Assembly: GCA_947462105.1 (NCBI GenBank)
Contig: CANHNJ010000007.1
Coordinates: 19,638 to 83,637 of the forward strand
DNA from: Alphaproteobacteria bacterium
GTDB taxonomy: Bacteria; Pseudomonadota; Alphaproteobacteria; Micropepsales; Micropepsaceae
Length of the DNA: 64,000 nucleotides
Reading direction: 5' to 3'
The notes under the pieces were generated by a model, which made no database searches, was not told where the DNA came from, and worked only from the letters and a program-made list of their open reading frames with translations. Shown piece by piece: positions 61,734-64,000 of the stretch. Made by a program: the position numbers and the translations under genes. Numbering within the stretch: position 1 is the stretch's first letter; every line of letters begins with the position of its first letter.

Positions 61734-62626
61734 TCGAGCTTGAGTTCTTTCGCCTGCGCATCCAGCGCGGCTTCCACCGTGGCATCACTGCCGACACTCT
61801 TGCGCGCCGTGGCCAGCGCCGTCTTCGCCTTGTCGGTTTCACCCAGCACCGCATAAGCGCGGATCAGGCGCAGCCAGCCCTGCGCGTCGTTGGGCTCTTT
61901 CGCCAGACGTGTCGCCAGGTTCGTGACCATCGCATTGATATCGGGTGCACCGCCTGCACCCGCCACGCGCGCGGTCGGCGCGCCCAGCGATGCCAGGCGG
62001 TCCACCAGTTCGGAACGCAGCGGTGAATTGGCGGGAATGTCCGCCATCACCGACTGCCAGTAATTCTGCGCCGCCTTGATGTCGCCCGCCTGCTGCGCCG
62101 CGATGCCGAGATAGTAGCGCGCCGGGGCATTCTTCGGATCAAGCCGCAGCGCGTTGTTGAAGGCCTCGACGGCCTTGCCTTCGACGCGGTTGGCCGATGC
62201 CTGCACCAGCAACTCGCCATGCGCGGTATAGAGGTCGGCGGATTCCTGGCCGTGCTTCTTTCCCGCGCGGATGGCGTTGCCCAGCGCCCCTGCTGCCTGG
62301 CGGGCATCCCCAGCGGTGATGTAGATGCGGGTGAGATAGACCCAGGCCTGGCTGTCATCGGGATTTTCGCGCACGCGCTTGATCAGGATCGGCGTCAGCG
62401 CGCCCAGCTCCTTGCTGTCCAGGCCCTGCGCCTCGCGCAGCGCCAGTTGCGGCTCGCCCACCGTCCAATAGACGCCGATGCCGATGCCCAGCACGAACAG
62501 CGCCACTGCCCCGCCCAGCAGCAGCTTGGCTTTGCGGCTTTCGGCGGCGCGCCGCAGCGGCCAGGCCACGAAGGCCAGGGCCGCCAGCGCCACCAGGGCA
62601 AAGCCGATGTAAGGAACGAAGGTCAC
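61730..62626 (-). CDS. CcmI/CycH-like TPR membrane protein (short form)
   Basis: Two N-terminal TMs, VYWTVGEP, TPRs, INAMVTNLATRL..EPNDAQGWLRLIRAY; GTG start overlaps the trmJ stop. Confidence 0.7.
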   Translation of the reverse strand: MTFVPYIGFALVALAALAFVAWPLRRAAESRKAKLLLGGAVALFVLGIGIGVYWTVGEPQLALREAQGLDSKELGALTPILIKRVRENPDDSQAWVYLTRIYITAGDARQAAGALGNAIRAGKKHGQESADLYTAHGELLVQASANRVEGKAVEAFNNALRLDPKNAPARYYLGIAAQQAGDIKAAQNYWQSVMADIPANSPLRSELVDRLASLGAPTARVAGAGGAPDINAMVTNLATRLAKEPNDAQGWLRLIRAYAVLGETDKAKTALATARKSVGSDATVEAALDAQAKELKLD

Positions 62627-63399
62627 GCTTTTCCCCGATACTTGTTTTTTACCAGCGCCACGATCATGCCACGGATGGTGCGGGCCTGCTGATCGGTCAG
62701 GCCAGACCGCAATATCATGGCCCGCAGGTTGCGCACCATCGCTTCGCGCTTGATGGCGGGAAAGAAAAAGCCGCTCGCATCCAGTTCCGTCTCCAGATGG
62801 TCGAACAGGCCGATCAGTTCGGCCCGCGTCGCGGGCAGGGCGGGCGTCCGCTTGGTGCGGCTGGCGGGCGTGACATCGGCCGACTTCAACCACTCATACC
62901 CCAGCAGCAGCACCGCCTGCCCCAGGTTGAGCGAAGACGCCTTGATCTCGGTGTCCTTTACCTGCGGCAGCGGCGCGGTCGGGATGGTGATGAGGGCGTC
63001 GCAGAGCGAGATCTCGTCATTGTCCAGCCCGGCGCGCTCGCCCCCGAACAGGATGGCGGTGCGGGCGCCGCCACCCGCCGCCTGCCGCAGCCGCCCGGCC
63101 GCCGCTTCCGGCGTGAGGATATCGCGCAGCACATCGCGGCCCCTCGCCGTGGTCGCCAGAATAAGCTGGAAGCGACCCAGCGCAGTGGCGGCGTCGGGAT
63201 GGATCTGCGCCCGCTCCAGGATGTCGCCCGCCCCGCTGGCCAGGATCTGGGCGCGGTCGTTGGGCCATTCAAACTTGGGCGCGATCAGGTGCAGCTCCGA
63301 CAGGCCGAAATTCTTCATCGCCCGCGCCGTGGCGCCGACATTTTCGCCCATCTGGGGGTGGGACAGGATGATGGCCGGGGCGATGAGAGGAGCGGTCAT
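62623..63399 (-). CDS. trmJ: TrmJ/LasT-family SPOUT RNA methyltransferase
   Basis: PQMGENVGATARAM, FGGERAGL, SSLNLGQA. Confidence 0.9.
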   Translation of the reverse strand: MTAPLIAPAIILSHPQMGENVGATARAMKNFGLSELHLIAPKFEWPNDRAQILASGAGDILERAQIHPDAATALGRFQLILATTARGRDVLRDILTPEAAAGRLRQAAGGGARTAILFGGERAGLDNDEISLCDALITIPTAPLPQVKDTEIKASSLNLGQAVLLLGYEWLKSADVTPASRTKRTPALPATRAELIGLFDHLETELDASGFFFPAIKREAMVRNLRAMILRSGLTDQQARTIRGMIVALVKNKYRGKA

Positions 63400-63509
63400 A
63401 TCGGCTTTTTTGGGGTCGCTTTGACGAACGTTTGCGGGCGGGGTAATTGGGGCCTCGCTATATCCCCTTTCCCGGCAAAATCCGAGCCCACTTCAAAGAG
63501 AGAAGCCTC

Positions 63510-64000
63510 ATGGACAAGATCAAGGTCGCCAACCCGGTCGTCGAGCTGGATGGTGACGAGATGACCCGCATCATCTGGGACCTGATCAAGAAGAAGCTGA
63601 TCCTGCCCTATCTCGACATCGACCTGCATTATTACGACCTCTCGGTCGAGAACCGCGACGCCACCGACGACCAGGTCACGGTCGACAGCGCCCATGCGAT
63701 CCTCAAGCACGGCGTCGGCGTGAAGTGCGCCACCATCACCCCGGACGAAGCCCGCGTCGAGGAATTCAAGCTCAAGAAGATGTGGAAGTCGCCCAACGGC
63801 ACAATCCGCAACATCCTGGGTGGCGTGATCTTCCGCGAACCCATCATCTGCCAGAACGTGCCGCGTCTGGTGCCCGGCTGGACCCAGCCGATTGTCGTTG
63901 GCCGCCACGCCTTTGGCGACCAGTACCGCGCCACCGACTTCAAGTTCCCCGGCAAGGGCAAGCTCACCATCAAGTTCGTGGGCGAAGACGGCAAGACCAT
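63510..64000 (+). CDS. icd: NADP-dependent isocitrate dehydrogenase, 3' truncated by the window edge
   Basis: [47 protein letters not shown]. Confidence 0.97.
   Translation, partial: MDKIKVANPVVELDGDEMTRIIWDLIKKKLILPYLDIDLHYYDLSVENRDATDDQVTVDSAHAILKHGVGVKCATITPDEARVEEFKLKKMWKSPNGTIRNILGGVIFREPIICQNVPRLVPGWTQPIVVGRHAFGDQYRATDFKFPGKGKLTIKFVGEDGKT

Overview
GC-rich alphaproteobacterial chromosome segment. The Rhizobiales/Caulobacterales/Micropepsales-like placement is inferred from gene content and synteny. Most of the window is core housekeeping: carA, yqeY-dnaG-rpoD, gloB, metX-metW, hisC, class II RNR nrdJ, ftsEX, lysA/argH, etfAB/hbd, lpdA, rpsD, purBCSQL, map-radC, trmJ, partial icd and one tRNA-Leu(UAA). 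No CRISPR, prophage, rRNA or intact transposase was seen. The notable features sit between the core genes. (1) A collapsed general-stress-response locus at 41.2-42.0 kb: a phyR 3' remnant, a 133-bp IS3 right end and a frameshifted HisKA_2-type kinase remnant. It is flanked by typical stress-regulon small genes that keep EcfG-type GGAAC-N16-CGTT promoters. (2) A ~100-nt ORF-less, C-rich, terminator-bounded transcript candidate behind a perfect EcfG promoter, reminiscent of GsrN. (3) A 20-codon GTG sORF with a 16-nt Shine-Dalgarno perfectly complementary to the 16S 3' end (rreB/rreR-like). (4) Three paralogous signal-peptide bicupins plus other exported versions of normally cytoplasmic folds. 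(5) A ~140-bp dispersed structured repeat with compensatory base changes. (6) Several gene lesions: two conserved Trp codons read as stops, frameshifts, and a duplicated hpt 3' end. All family calls come from recognised motifs and synteny without database searches.
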